NCBI GenBank assembly: GCA_049967655.1
Contig: JBMFSH010000011.1
Location: 1 to 64,000 of the forward strand
Origin: Acidobacteriota bacterium
Lineage (GTDB): Bacteria; Acidobacteriota; UBA4820; DSQY01
DNA length: 64,000 bases
Direction of reading: 5' to 3'
In this document: positions 29,891 through 39,338 of the stretch, piece by piece
Numbering within the stretch: position 1 is the stretch's first letter
How the letters are laid out: every line of letters starts with the position of its first letter
Program-made: the position numbers and the translations under genes
Notes under the pieces: model-generated
The model's database searches: none
What the model saw: the letters and a program-made list of their open reading frames with translations, nothing else
What the model was told of the DNA's origin: nothing

Positions 29891-31039
29891 CTACCAGCCG
29901 CCGATCCTGCGCCATTCTCCGCAAACGGCCCCCTCTCTCAACACCACATACCGATCGAAGCAGGCCGCCGCCAGACACGAGTGGTTGGGCACGACGCGCA
30001 GGCAGCTCCCCACGGGCAGGCTCGCGTAGTCTATGGGCGCCAGGCCTCGGACCAGCCCGTGCTCCTGGGAGAGGGACCACAGCCGAAGGTGCCGCAGGGG
30101 GAGGCCTTGTGCCGTGTACAGCCCGCCGAACCCGCTGTCCGGGGCCACGTGGACGGGACCCGGGTCCTTGGAGAGGGCGAGCGCCCCGGCGTTGAGGAGC
30201 AGCTCGTTGCGGCCTGGGTAGTGTCCGATCACGGTGGCCAGGACCGAGAAGGCCAGGGCGTCCTCGGCTTCGCAGCTCCCGATGGCCGCCTGGAACGCGT
30301 CGAAGAAGACGTAGTTGCCCGGCCTGATCTCCGTGACGCCCGCCCACCCCTCCGCCGCGCAGCAGGTGGGCGTCGAGCCCACGCTCACGGACTCAACGCG
30401 GACGCCCGATTCACGTAGCCGCCGCGCGAACAGGTCCATGACGGCGCGCTCCTGCTCGGCCACCGTCTTGGCCTCGTCGCGGGACCGGCAGGCATAGCTC
30501 TGGCCGGCGTGCGTGAGGATGCCCAGAAACTCCACGCCCGGTGAGTCCTGAAGGCGCCTGGCGAGGGCCAGGGCGCGGTCGGACCGCGGGTCCACGCCGG
30601 CTCGGTGATAGCCGCAGTCGACCTTGAGGAAGACGCGGAACCGAGCCCCCTGCGCCTCGGCGAAGGCCTCCATCGCGGCTAACGTCGCCTCGTTGTCCAG
30701 GAGCAGGTTGAGCCGGATGCGGCGCCCCAGCTCCGCTGCGTCGGGCAGGACAGGGAGGGGAAGGGGCACGGCGTAGGTGACGTCCCGGAAGCCTGCCTCC
30801 GCGAAGCCCCTCGCCTCCGCCAGCGTGGAGACGGTGACGGGGGCCGGGCTGCCGCCCGACTGGATGAGCCCGATCTCCACGCACTTGTGCGTCTTCACGT
30901 GGGGGCGCAGGGCCACCCCGAGGCGGGATGCCTTCCGGGCCATGCGCGCCGTGTTGGCCTCCAGCCGGCGCAGGTCCACGAGGGCGGCGGGAGTTCGGAG
31001 GCCCTGAATTCGCACGGGAAAATTCTCGGGGACGATCAC
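29891..31039 (-). CDS. Fold-type III PLP enzyme, DSD1 / D-threonine aldolase family
   Basis: TPAALVD, LRPHVKTHK, DCGYHRAG, THAGQSY, GSTP, EIRPGNYVFFD, SQEHG, PNHSC. Confidence 0.92.
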   Translation of the reverse strand: MIVPENFPVRIQGLRTPAALVDLRRLEANTARMARKASRLGVALRPHVKTHKCVEIGLIQSGGSPAPVTVSTLAEARGFAEAGFRDVTYAVPLPLPVLPDAAELGRRIRLNLLLDNEATLAAMEAFAEAQGARFRVFLKVDCGYHRAGVDPRSDRALALARRLQDSPGVEFLGILTHAGQSYACRSRDEAKTVAEQERAVMDLFARRLRESGVRVESVSVGSTPTCCAAEGWAGVTEIRPGNYVFFDAFQAAIGSCEAEDALAFSVLATVIGHYPGRNELLLNAGALALSKDPGPVHVAPDSGFGGLYTAQGLPLRHLRLWSLSQEHGLVRGLAPIDYASLPVGSCLRVVPNHSCLAAACFDRYVVLREGAVCGEWRRIGGW

Positions 31040-31051
31040 TCGACCACTCGA

Positions 31052-31405
31052 TCACCGGTGGGGTTCAAACAGGCCGATCACGTTTCCGTCCGGGTCCTTG
31101 ACGCGTGAAAACCACCCCACGCCGGGGATCTCGGCCTTCGGCGTCACCACTGCCCCGCCGAGCTCCTCGGCCTGCTCGCTGCTGGTGGCGACGGAGGGGA
31201 CTTGGACGTAGACGGTCGGAGAATCCCCCGGCCTCACTTCGGCCATCCGCTGGACGCCCACATCCGGGCCCTCGGGCGCGGTGAAGAGGAGGTAGTCCTC
31301 CCCGAAGGGCTCGAACTCCCACCCGAAGAGCCCCCAGAGGAAGGCCTTGGTCCGCTCGAGATCGGTGCAGGACCATTCCACGCGGCAGACGCCGTGAAGA
31401 GCCAT
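31052..31405 (-). CDS. VOC / glyoxalase family protein
   Basis: DLER.KAF...LFGWEF; LGG.VV.PK.EIPGVGWF....DPDGNVIGLFE; GGAGAGG RBS. Confidence 0.88.
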   Translation of the reverse strand: MALHGVCRVEWSCTDLERTKAFLWGLFGWEFEPFGEDYLLFTAPEGPDVGVQRMAEVRPGDSPTVYVQVPSVATSSEQAEELGGAVVTPKAEIPGVGWFSRVKDPDGNVIGLFEPHR

Positions 31406-31803
31406 GTCCACCTCTCCTTCCGGCCCCTCTTCCCGGCCGGCGCCCGGGGGCACAGCGCAAGGGGAGGAGCCCGTTCTGAAATGGGGCGGCCGTCCCCAAT
31501 CGGACGGCCGCCCAGGGATCGCTCGCCTGAATCCCCCTATTTGGGGGCCGGCGGTGGAATCTTGTGGACCTGCGGCGGCTGGCTCGGGGTCTCCGTGCGG
31601 CTCTGGGTCCGCTCCCGGCCCACGCGCGAAGCCTGCCCCGGCACGGCGGCGTGCTCCTCCGGCCACGGTCCACGGTAGCTTCTGTGTTGGATGGTCTTCC
31701 CGTGTTTCTTTCCGGGCATAATGCACCTCCCGGCACGCGAGTCAATGGATAAGGGTGCCTGTCCTCAATTTAGGGCCCGGCGCCCCCCGGCGCAAACGGT
31801 TCC

Positions 31804-33273
31804 TCACACTCGCTGCAGCGCCCGCACAAAGGCTTCCGCGTAAGACCCTCCCGGGAAAAGGCTCTCCAGAAGTGCGGGGGCAAGGTGGAGGGTCTCCTCC
31901 CGCGTCAGGCAGAAGCGCATGGTGCTGAAGCGCGCGCGGTACTCCGCCACCTCCTCGCCCACCGGCCTCCGTCGCACGACCACGTGGGCGATCAGGCGCG
32001 CCAAGTGCTCGAAGTCCGCCTCCTCCATGCCGAACCGGGTCATCTCCTGGACGCCCAGCCTCAGGCCGCTGGGGTGGTAGAAGCTCTCGTCGTCGGGCAG
32101 GGCCTGGAAATTCACGATGAGGTTGTTCCGCTCCAGGCTGCTCGCGATCTCCTTCGCGTCGCCGAAGGGGGCCACCCGCAGGACCACCTGGTGGGTGTGG
32201 GTGAAGCCCTCGGCTTCGCCGCCCTCCACCGGGATGCCGGCATCGGCGCAGAAACGGGCGAAGGCCCTGGCGTTGGCCAGGACCTGGCTCTGGTAGGCGT
32301 CCCGAAAGTGGTTCATCTCAAGGGTCGCCGCCAGCATGGCGAGCTGGGTGCCCAGGTGGTGGTTGCTCGTGGAGCCCGGGAAGGCCCGGCCGACGATCTC
32401 CATCCAGAGCTTGCGAGCCGACGTCCCCTTGGCCAGGTTGGAGGCGATGATCCCCCGCTGGGGGCCGAAGAAGGTCTTGTGGGTCGAGCCGGTGACGATG
32501 TCGGCGCCCTCCGCCATGGGGTCCTGGAAGCGGGGACCGAGAAGGCCCAGGACGTGGGCTCCGTCGTACATGACCACCGGCCGGGGCCCGGAGGTCCCGC
32601 CGAGGCGCTCCCGCAGGGCCCGCACGGGCTCCGGGTGGAGGAAGAGGCTCTTGCCGAAGACCACCAGCGCCGGGCGGTGCCGCTCTACCAGCTCCAGCAT
32701 GCGGGGAACGTCGATCCGGTAGGGGTTGTGGGATTCCACGGGGAAGTGCACCACCTCCCCCTCGACGAAGTTGAAGAGGGCGCCGAAGGGCTGCGCCGAG
32801 AGGTGGCCGCCCGCGTTCAGGTCGTTGTTCATCACACTGGACAGCCGGCCCGTGGGGCCCAGGGCCTGAAAACCCTCGGGGGCACCGGCCAGGAACTTCA
32901 CCACCCCCTTGAAGACAATCTCGTTGGCCATCTGGCCGCTGACGGGCCTCGTCTCCACCTCGCTGCCGCCGATGTAGGCCGCAAATTCCCGCTTGAGGCG
33001 CTCCTCCACCTCGTAGATGAAGTCCGTTCCCTGGTAGTAGTAGACCTGGTCCCCTTTGAGGGCGCCCGATCCCTGGAGGGACTCCAGCTCCCGCTTAAGG
33101 GCCGTCTTGTGCTCGGCGTAGCGACCGGCGGGATCGCTGATCTCGCACAGCTTCACCAGGAGCGATGGCGTGTTCTCCGACGGGATCAGGTTGAAGCACC
33201 GCCGCTGCCGCCAGAGGTTGTTCTCCACCACCTTGCCGACGAGTTCGCGCAGGCTCTCTTCCAACGGTCTCAT
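31804..33273 (-). CDS. Serine hydroxymethyltransferase-like PLP enzyme (atypical GlyA family member)
   Basis: NLIPSEN, SGQMAN, GGHLS, YDGAHVLGL, GSTHKTFFGPQRG, SNHH, SGLRLGVQEMTRFGM. Confidence 0.82.
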   Translation of the reverse strand: MRPLEESLRELVGKVVENNLWRQRRCFNLIPSENTPSLLVKLCEISDPAGRYAEHKTALKRELESLQGSGALKGDQVYYYQGTDFIYEVEERLKREFAAYIGGSEVETRPVSGQMANEIVFKGVVKFLAGAPEGFQALGPTGRLSSVMNNDLNAGGHLSAQPFGALFNFVEGEVVHFPVESHNPYRIDVPRMLELVERHRPALVVFGKSLFLHPEPVRALRERLGGTSGPRPVVMYDGAHVLGLLGPRFQDPMAEGADIVTGSTHKTFFGPQRGIIASNLAKGTSARKLWMEIVGRAFPGSTSNHHLGTQLAMLAATLEMNHFRDAYQSQVLANARAFARFCADAGIPVEGGEAEGFTHTHQVVLRVAPFGDAKEIASSLERNNLIVNFQALPDDESFYHPSGLRLGVQEMTRFGMEEADFEHLARLIAHVVVRRRPVGEEVAEYRARFSTMRFCLTREETLHLAPALLESLFPGGSYAEAFVRALQRV

Positions 33274-33426
33274 GTCGTCCCCCTCAGCGTCGGGAACAGT
33301 ATATCGCCACCGCGGCGGCCCAAAACCATTCGCGCCCCCTGCTGGACTGCCCGTCTTGGGGGAGCGAGGCCGAGGAGGGCGAACTACGGCGCCCCGGTGG
33401 GGCCAGCCGGCGGGCCGGCCACCGCC

Positions 33427-33657
33427 CTAGCCGTTCCCGCTGGCCTTCTGGTCCACCTTCTGCTGGATCTTCTGCCCGCCGCGTTCGATGGCCGAACCGG
33501 TCTTTTCCAGGGCCGTGCCGACGGCGTCGGCCGTCTTGTTGGCCGCGTGGTCGACGGCTTGGCCGGCCCTCTCCATGGGGCCGTGGTGTTCGGCGCAGCC
33601 GGCAAGGGCGCCCAGGGCCAAGGCGAGGGTGAGTACGATGATGACTTTCCGGCACAT
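33427..33657 (-). CDS. Small lipoprotein
   Basis: MCRKVIIVLTLALALGALAG-C lipobox; GPMERAGQAVD; GGAGG RBS. Confidence 0.78.
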   Translation of the reverse strand: MCRKVIIVLTLALALGALAGCAEHHGPMERAGQAVDHAANKTADAVGTALEKTGSAIERGGQKIQQKVDQKASGNG

Positions 33658-33790
33658 GGTCAATCCTCCTCGCTCCCTCCCTTGCAAGAAACAGACCGGC
33701 AGACGCCTTTCATTCCCCCGAGGCGGGGCGGTAAGGCCTCCGGGCGGACCGGGGAAAACTTCCCTATATTTTCACTTGGAGGTGGAGTTC

Positions 33791-34459
33791 ATGTGCGGGC
33801 GGTTCACCGTTCGGCTTCCGACGCCCGATCTTGCCGCGGCCTTCGGCGTCGCAGCGAGGGCGAGAGAGACGGCCCCCAGCTTCAACGTGGCACCCGGCCG
33901 GGAGGTCCCCGTGGTCGTGGACGAGGGGGAGGGGCGTCGGCTCGATGCCTTCCGGTGGGGCCTCATCCCTCGTTGGGCCAAGGATCCCTCCATCGGAGAG
34001 CGGCTGATCAACGCCAGGGCCGAGACGGTAGCCGAAAAGCCCGCCTTCCGCCAGGCCTTTCTGCACCGGCGCTGCCTCATTTTGGCGGACGGGTTCTATG
34101 AGTGGAAGGCAGAGGGGACACGAAAGACGCCTTACTTCATCTCCGTCGAGGGAGTTCCCGTCTTTGCCTTCGCCGGCCTATGGGAGCGGTGGGCTCCTCC
34201 GGACGGCGAGCCCGTCTTGAGCTGTGCCATTTTGACCGTGGAGGCCAACGCCTTCATGCGGTCCATCCACCACCGGATGCCCGTCATATTGCCGCCCGAG
34301 GCCCATGGAGCCTGGCTCGATCCCCATAACGGGGACCGCCAGGCCCTGCTCGCCCTACTCAGGCCCTTTCCTTCGGAAGGGATGCGGGCCCATCCCGTCT
34401 CCACCTTCGTCAACGCGGCGAGGCACGACTCCATCCAGTGCGTCCTGCCGCTGGAGTGA
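33791..34459 (+). CDS. SOS response-associated peptidase (SRAP/YedK/HMCES family)
   Basis: MCGRF start with catalytic Cys2, WGLIP.W, INARAET, RRCLILADGFYEW, IHHRMPVIL. Confidence 0.95.
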   Translation: MCGRFTVRLPTPDLAAAFGVAARARETAPSFNVAPGREVPVVVDEGEGRRLDAFRWGLIPRWAKDPSIGERLINARAETVAEKPAFRQAFLHRRCLILADGFYEWKAEGTRKTPYFISVEGVPVFAFAGLWERWAPPDGEPVLSCAILTVEANAFMRSIHHRMPVILPPEAHGAWLDPHNGDRQALLALLRPFPSEGMRAHPVSTFVNAARHDSIQCVLPLE

Positions 34460-34556
34460 TGGCCCACCCAAATCAGTGGTTGTGACACCCTTTTCCATTG
34501 TACGTGATCTGTCGCGCCTTCCAAGGCCATTCCCCTCCTCCATCGCGGGATTGGGG
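34458..34556. repeat. Dispersed ~100-bp intergenic repeat, copy 2
   Basis: Same orientation as, and closely similar to, 814-913. Confidence 0.85.
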
Positions 34557-34654
34557 CCCCCGCGTCCCGAGGACAGCCCTAGGGGCCTCTGGTATGCTGG
34601 TGGCGCGACGGTCCGCCCGCCCCGAAGGGGCCCCGCAGGCCAGAGGAGGTAACC

Positions 34655-35350
34655 ATGAGCGAGACCTTGAAGCCGCCCTACCTGGAAAGGGACGAGACCC
34701 GAGGCGACATCCAGGTGTGGATCGTGGACGGCCCCTACATCCGGGGCCGACTGGACGAGGAATTCACGAACTTCGGCCAGCACTACCGCTTCCCCTACAT
34801 CCCCGAGAAGGAGTTCTGGATCGATCGCGAGGCCGAGCACGACGAGCGGCGCTTCTTCATCGACCACCTCCTCGTGGAGCACCGGTTGATGGCCGCGGGC
34901 ATGCCCTACGAAAAGGCCATCGTGCTGGCCGACCAGGCGGAACGAAAGGAGCGCCGGAGGGCCGGCGACGTGCGCAAGCTGACCCACGCCGGAACACAGC
35001 TTCCCGAGGGAAAAGAGGTCCACGAGCGCCTCTGGAAACGCCTTGAGAGCGGCGTCTCGGTCTGGATCGTCAACGGAAGGCTGGTGCGCAGCGCCTTCGA
35101 CATTGACTACACCGAGGGCGGTCACGACTACGTCTACGAGTTCGTGCCCCAGAACGAGGTCTGGATCGACGACGCCATCGAGGAGGCGGAGCGCCCCTTC
35201 GTCCTCCTCCACGAGCTCCACGAGCGCAACCGGATGGCCTCGGGCTGGCCCTACAGCAAGGCCCACGCGGAATCGAGCCGGGTGGAATTCCACTGCCGAC
35301 ACCACCCCGATGAGCTCCACGACGCCCTCGCCGCTGAGGGTTGGGCGTAG
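34655..35350 (+). CDS. Hypothetical protein made of two tandem homologous domains, the second with HELHE
   Basis: VWIVDG...WID...ERRFFIDHLLVEHRLMAAGMPYEKA versus VWIVNG...WID...ERPFVLLHELHERNRMASGWPYSKAH; GAGGAGG RBS. Confidence 0.8.
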   Translation: MSETLKPPYLERDETRGDIQVWIVDGPYIRGRLDEEFTNFGQHYRFPYIPEKEFWIDREAEHDERRFFIDHLLVEHRLMAAGMPYEKAIVLADQAERKERRRAGDVRKLTHAGTQLPEGKEVHERLWKRLESGVSVWIVNGRLVRSAFDIDYTEGGHDYVYEFVPQNEVWIDDAIEEAERPFVLLHELHERNRMASGWPYSKAHAESSRVEFHCRHHPDELHDALAAEGWA

Positions 35351-35456
35351 TTGAAGTGGAACCACAGAGGCACCGAGACACAGAGGATAACTTTTGGCCT
35401 GATGGCCAAAAGACATTAAAGAAGATCGTCCACAGGTTGAGACCCTGTTTCCCCCT

Positions 35457-36278
35457 TGTCAACACTCTTTAGAAATGTCCCCTTGTGTGATCAGTGGCAG
35501 GGGCTGTGGGAGGTGTGGGAAACCTGAGGGGCGACGCCCCGAAGGTTTTCCAAGACCTGTGGGAAAGCCGCAGGCTTTTCCATGGGGCGGCACCTTCTCG
35601 AACCGCCGGTTGAGATCCTCCAGATACCCCGAGAGGAGAAAGGCGTTGGCCGCCTCGATCGTTTGGATCCCCCTCAGCTTCATCTCCTTCACCAGCCTGC
35701 CCTGGTAGACCCCGTGCTTGCGCCCCACCCGGCCCTTGGCCTGCGGCGAGGAGGCGGGGATGATCTGGATCCCCAGCCTATGGCACGCCTTCCCGAAGGC
35801 CGTGAGCGGCGGTAGACCCTGCTCCGCCTCCTCCCTCGTGGGCTCCTTCCGGTCCGTGACGTAGATCGTGTGGTGGTCCGTGTACAACGCGCACGGAATC
35901 CCGTACCGCTCGATCCACCCCCTCAGCACCCGCATGGCCGCCTCCGTCGTCTCGTGCGGGAAGAACAGCGCAAAGCTCCGGCCCGTCGCGTCATCCGCCA
36001 GGTTCATCAGGCAGCACTTCTCTCCCGTTCCGAACCAGTCGCGCGGGCTCCCGTCCAGCTGCACCAGCTCCCCGAAGTGCTCCTTGGGCTCCCTCCAAGC
36101 TTCGCCTGCGCGTCTCTCAGCGATTGCTTTGCCTCCACCACCTGCCGCAACCCCACCAATCAAGTCCGCTCTCTCTCGCTCATTCGAAGCATCTCCTCCA
36201 CGGTGGCTCCTTCCACCACCAGTCTGAGGGGACATTTCTATCGAGTCCAAGAGGGGACATTATCAGAGAGTCACGACA
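35457..36278 (-). mobile_element. Internally deleted IS1202-family (ISNCY) insertion sequence with a 17-bp target duplication
   Basis: Ends TGTCAACACTCTTTAGAAATGTCCCC and (minus strand) TGTCGTGACTCTCTGATAATGTCCCC; flanks AGACCCTGTTTCCCCCT (35440-35456) and AGACACCGTTTCCCCCT (36279-36295). Confidence 0.85.
35459..36250 (-). pseudogene. IS1202-family DDE transposase remnant
   Basis: GELVQLDGS..DWF, DDATG, GIPCALYTD, SSPQAKGRVGR (expected GRVER); N-terminal HTH and C-terminus missing. Confidence 0.82.
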
Positions 36279-36449
36279 AGACACCGTTTCCCCCTTTGAC
36301 TTAGGACCCGCCCAGGAATAACTTAACGTTTTCGCATCCCCTCTTCGCGCGATCTGGGCACGAATTCCGTTAACCTATTCCTGTTCCTGCGCGGGTCCTT
36401 GATCCTTTTCCTCGGTGCCTCTGTGTCTCTGTGGTTTATGCCAAGTCGT

Positions 36450-37199
36450 TCATTCTTTGCCATCCGGCCCGGGAATGCGCTGGCGGATTTTCTGCCAGGT
36501 CTCCCGTTCGAGGAAGCTGCCCGTCACCCGGTCCTCCATGGCCAGGAAGAGCGGCCAGGGCACGGTGAAGGTCAGCAGGTCGGGATCCAGATAGGGGCGA
36601 GCCGAAATGTCCATGCCGCCCAGCACGGCACGGGGCTTTCGCTTCTTGGACTCGGCGTAGGGGAGGAGGCAGATGGACTGGCAGCCCGAGGCGAAAGGGG
36701 CGATGACGCCGTCCCCCTTGGGGCGGTCGTAGTTGGCCAGGACCCACAGGGCGCTGGCCTGGTCGGCGTTGGGCAGGAGGACCACGAGCCGGGGCTCCTC
36801 CCGTTCGGGATCGACCTTCCGCAGGGGCTTGAGCACCACGTAGCTCTCCGAGATGTCGGTGTAGGGAATGCCTTCAAGGTAGGCCCGCGCCACCTCGGGG
36901 CTCTCAAGGTAGCCGAGCCCCTCTCGGCCATCGTCCCTGGGGCCCGAGGAGAGGAAGCGGGCCATGTCCCGCCCCTGGTAGCCGTTGCCGAAGCAGAGGC
37001 CCACCTGGCCGCCCACGCAGCCCGTTGTCTTCCGGTCAAAGAGGGCCGTGAAGCCCCGGGCGGAGGCGGCGAGCATGGACATGACGCAGCCCCAGCGATG
37101 CTCCTTGAACCGGGCCGCCCCCTCCGGTTTCTCATCGGTGAAGAGGATGGCCACCGGCTGGTGGCGGAGCTTGAGCTCCTCGGCTATCAGGCTCTCCAT
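36450..37199 (-). CDS. DUF169 family protein
   Basis: L.LRHQPVAI, GCVGGQVGLCFG, NADQ.SAL..LANY, APFASGCQSI, GGMDISAR. Confidence 0.85.
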   Translation of the reverse strand: MESLIAEELKLRHQPVAILFTDEKPEGAARFKEHRWGCVMSMLAASARGFTALFDRKTTGCVGGQVGLCFGNGYQGRDMARFLSSGPRDDGREGLGYLESPEVARAYLEGIPYTDISESYVVLKPLRKVDPEREEPRLVVLLPNADQASALWVLANYDRPKGDGVIAPFASGCQSICLLPYAESKKRKPRAVLGGMDISARPYLDPDLLTFTVPWPLFLAMEDRVTGSFLERETWQKIRQRIPGPDGKE

Positions 37200-37279
37200 G
37201 GCCTCGCTCCTGCGCAAGGCTAAACCATAGGGCCCCGACCCTCCCCGCGCAAACCGGCGCTCCGCCCGGGCCGTACGCG

Positions 37280-38053
37280 CTAATCGGCACCGCCCGGCAG
37301 CCACCGGGAGGCCCAGGCGGCGATGCAGCGGCCCGCGTACCGGGAATCCTCCTCCCGGAGGAGCAGGTGGTCGGCGCCATCGAGGGGTATGAAGGCCTTG
37401 GGGTGCGGCGCGGTCGCGAAGAGGCGCTCGGCGTTGGCGAAGGGCACCACCTCGTCCGCCGGGGCGTGGAGCACCAGGAGGGCGCAGGGCAGCGTGCCGA
37501 CCGCATCTTCCCGGGACTGCCGGTCCAGATCCTCGAAAAACTGGCGCTTCAGGGTGAAGGGCCGGCCCGACACGAGCACCCTCGCCTCCCCCCGCCGCTC
37601 GATCTCCTCCAGGGAGCTCTCGAAGTGGCGCCTTAGTTCCAGCGGCTCGCTGGGCGCGGCCAGCGTCACCACCCCTCTCACCGAGGGGAGACGGTGCGCG
37701 GCTCTCAGCGCCGCCTGTCCGCCCAGCGAGTGGCCCATCACCAGGCGCGCGGGCTCGTGGTTCTTCTCCAGGTACTCGGCCGCCAGGCAAAAATCCTCCA
37801 CGTTGGAGCCGAGGTTTGTCTCGGCGAAGTCCCCGCCGCTCTCCCCCAGCCCCGTGAAGTCGAAGCGGAGCACCCCCCACCCCTTCTCCGTCAAGGTCCG
37901 GTTGATGTGGAAGACGGACTTGTAGTCCTTGGTGCAGGTGAAGCAGTGGGCGAACAGGGCGTAGGCGCGCGCGCCACCTTCGTCGGGGCCGTCGAGCAGT
38001 CCCGTCAGCATCTGACCCTTCGAGCCTTCGAACCGGACCTTCTGGGAACGCAC
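37280..38053 (-). CDS. Alpha/beta hydrolase (homologous to the N-terminal domain of OsmC-fused hydrolases)
   Basis: ALFAHCFTCTKD, LRFDFTGLGES.G, GHSLGG, H.PADEVV, HPK.FI.LDGADHLL. Confidence 0.9.
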   Translation of the reverse strand: MRSQKVRFEGSKGQMLTGLLDGPDEGGARAYALFAHCFTCTKDYKSVFHINRTLTEKGWGVLRFDFTGLGESGGDFAETNLGSNVEDFCLAAEYLEKNHEPARLVMGHSLGGQAALRAAHRLPSVRGVVTLAAPSEPLELRRHFESSLEEIERRGEARVLVSGRPFTLKRQFFEDLDRQSREDAVGTLPCALLVLHAPADEVVPFANAERLFATAPHPKAFIPLDGADHLLLREEDSRYAGRCIAAWASRWLPGGAD

Positions 38054-38122
38054 GCTGCGTCTCCTCGCCCCAAGCCCCGGTCAGTATAACGCCGGGGCGG
38101 GCCGGCCCTTTCAGAGATCGGT

Positions 38123-38620
38123 TCACCGACGGCGGGGCGGGGGTTGGCGAGGATTTGGCGGGAGGGGAAACTCCAGAAGGTCGGGGGAGACGACGGCCCT
38201 GAGCAGCGCCGTCCAGCCATCCCGCGACGGACGGCTCTGGAACCACCAGATGGCGCCCTTTTTGATGCCCAAAGGCGCCTCGCGTCCGGTGAGCAGGAAG
38301 GACGCGGCCAGGCCCAGGTCCGGCTGGTGCCCCACCACCACCGCGGCCCCGTTCGCTCCGGGCCAGCCGGCCGCGGCCAGGATGACCCGGACCGAGGCGC
38401 CCGGGGAGAGCGAAGGGAGAACTTCGGCGCGCGGGGAGAGCGCCGCGGCCGTCCCCACGGCCCTGGCCGCGGGACTGGTCAGCAGCCGGGCCCCCTCGAT
38501 TTTCGGCGCCAGCCACGCGGCCATTCGCTCCGCCTGCCTCATGCCTTTCGGGGTGAGCACGCGGGCCTCATCCGGGAAGCCGTCCTGTGCCTCCGCATGG
38601 CGCCACAGAATTAAGTCCAC
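38123..38620 (-). CDS. sixA: SixA-type phosphohistidine phosphatase
   Basis: LILWRHAEA, R.LT.KG..QA, TSPA.RA..TA, VVGHQPDLG, KKGAIWW. Confidence 0.88.
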   Translation of the reverse strand: MDLILWRHAEAQDGFPDEARVLTPKGMRQAERMAAWLAPKIEGARLLTSPAARAVGTAAALSPRAEVLPSLSPGASVRVILAAAGWPGANGAAVVVGHQPDLGLAASFLLTGREAPLGIKKGAIWWFQSRPSRDGWTALLRAVVSPDLLEFPLPPNPRQPPPRRR

Positions 38621-38753
38621 GGTGACCTCCGCTCCGGTCAAAGCGCGACGACAGGGCTTGCGCTGCCGGTCCAGGATACCACGGCCGCCCCTGCGGAGAC
38701 ACAACGGGCGGGGCCCGCGGCCCCGCCCGAAGGGGGTTCGGGTCATCGAGCCG

Positions 38754-39338
38754 CTATTTCGTGGCCGGGTGCGCCGCTGGCGCCGGGGTGGCCGGGGCCT
38801 GCGCGTTGAAGCGGGCCAGGACCACGGCGGTCTGGTCCACGGCATCCGAGGCCCAGATGACGTCCTGCTGGCCCTTGTTCAGGACCACGTCCCAGCCCTT
38901 TTCCTTAGCCAGGCTGTCCATCACGGGGCCGAAGGCGGCTTGCATGCGCTCGCCCGCGGCCTGCTGGCGCTGCTGGTACTCCTGCTGCGCCCTACTCTGC
39001 ATCTGCTGGAGCTCTCCACGCAGGGTGTCTAGCTCCTCGTTGCGCTTCGCCTTGTCCGCGGCGGACAGTTTCGCTTCGTCCTTCTTGAAGGCGGCCTCCT
39101 TCTCCTGATAGGCCTTTATCTTGGGCTCCATCTGGGCCCGCATGCTCTCGCCCCAGCTTTGCAGTTCGGCCTGGATCTGCTTGGACAGGTTTGATTCGCG
39201 GACGATCTGGCCCATGTCCACGACCACCACCACGGGATTCTTCTTGGTGGGTTTCTCGGAGCCGGCTTTCTCCGCGTAGACGGTCGCGGCGACCAGCGCG
39301 AGAAGGACAACCAGGGCGGCAATCCACAGCTTCTTCAT
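38754..39338 (-). CDS. OmpH/Skp periplasmic chaperone
   Basis: Signal peptide, VVVVDMGQIVRES, long coiled coil, AKEKGWDVVL, D.T..VL. Confidence 0.85.
   Translation of the reverse strand: MKKLWIAALVVLLALVAATVYAEKAGSEKPTKKNPVVVVVDMGQIVRESNLSKQIQAELQSWGESMRAQMEPKIKAYQEKEAAFKKDEAKLSAADKAKRNEELDTLRGELQQMQSRAQQEYQQRQQAAGERMQAAFGPVMDSLAKEKGWDVVLNKGQQDVIWASDAVDQTAVVLARFNAQAPATPAPAAHPATK

Larger units (their letters stand above)
35360..36436. repeat. Second cassette bounded by inverted octamer arrays, interrupted by an IS
   Basis: Left aaccacagag gcaccgag acacagag; right ctcggtgc ctctgtgt ctctgtggtt. Confidence 0.72.

Noticed and set aside
31406..31790. GC-rich hairpins and short ORFs between the VOC and SHMT-like genes
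   Set aside because: No ORF with credible motifs, and hairpins such as GGCGGCCGTCC/GGACGGCCGCC could not be tied to a known element
33740..33815. LexA box upstream of the SRAP gene
   Set aside because: GTTC motifs are present but not at a spacing I recognise, and there is no CTGT-N8-ACAG or GAAC-N4-GTTC
31885..34101. 738-aa ORF on the + strand
   Set aside because: Antisense to the SHMT-like and lipoprotein genes and out of frame with SRAP; no motifs
36450..38516. 688-aa ORF suggesting a long DUF169 fusion
   Set aside because: Only the last 249 aa are DUF169; the upstream part overlaps the hydrolase and sixA genes in another frame
38123..38620. sixA as a displaced member of the polyP operon
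   Set aside because: It lies 14 kb away among unrelated genes; the link is plausible from family knowledge but unsupported by this sequence
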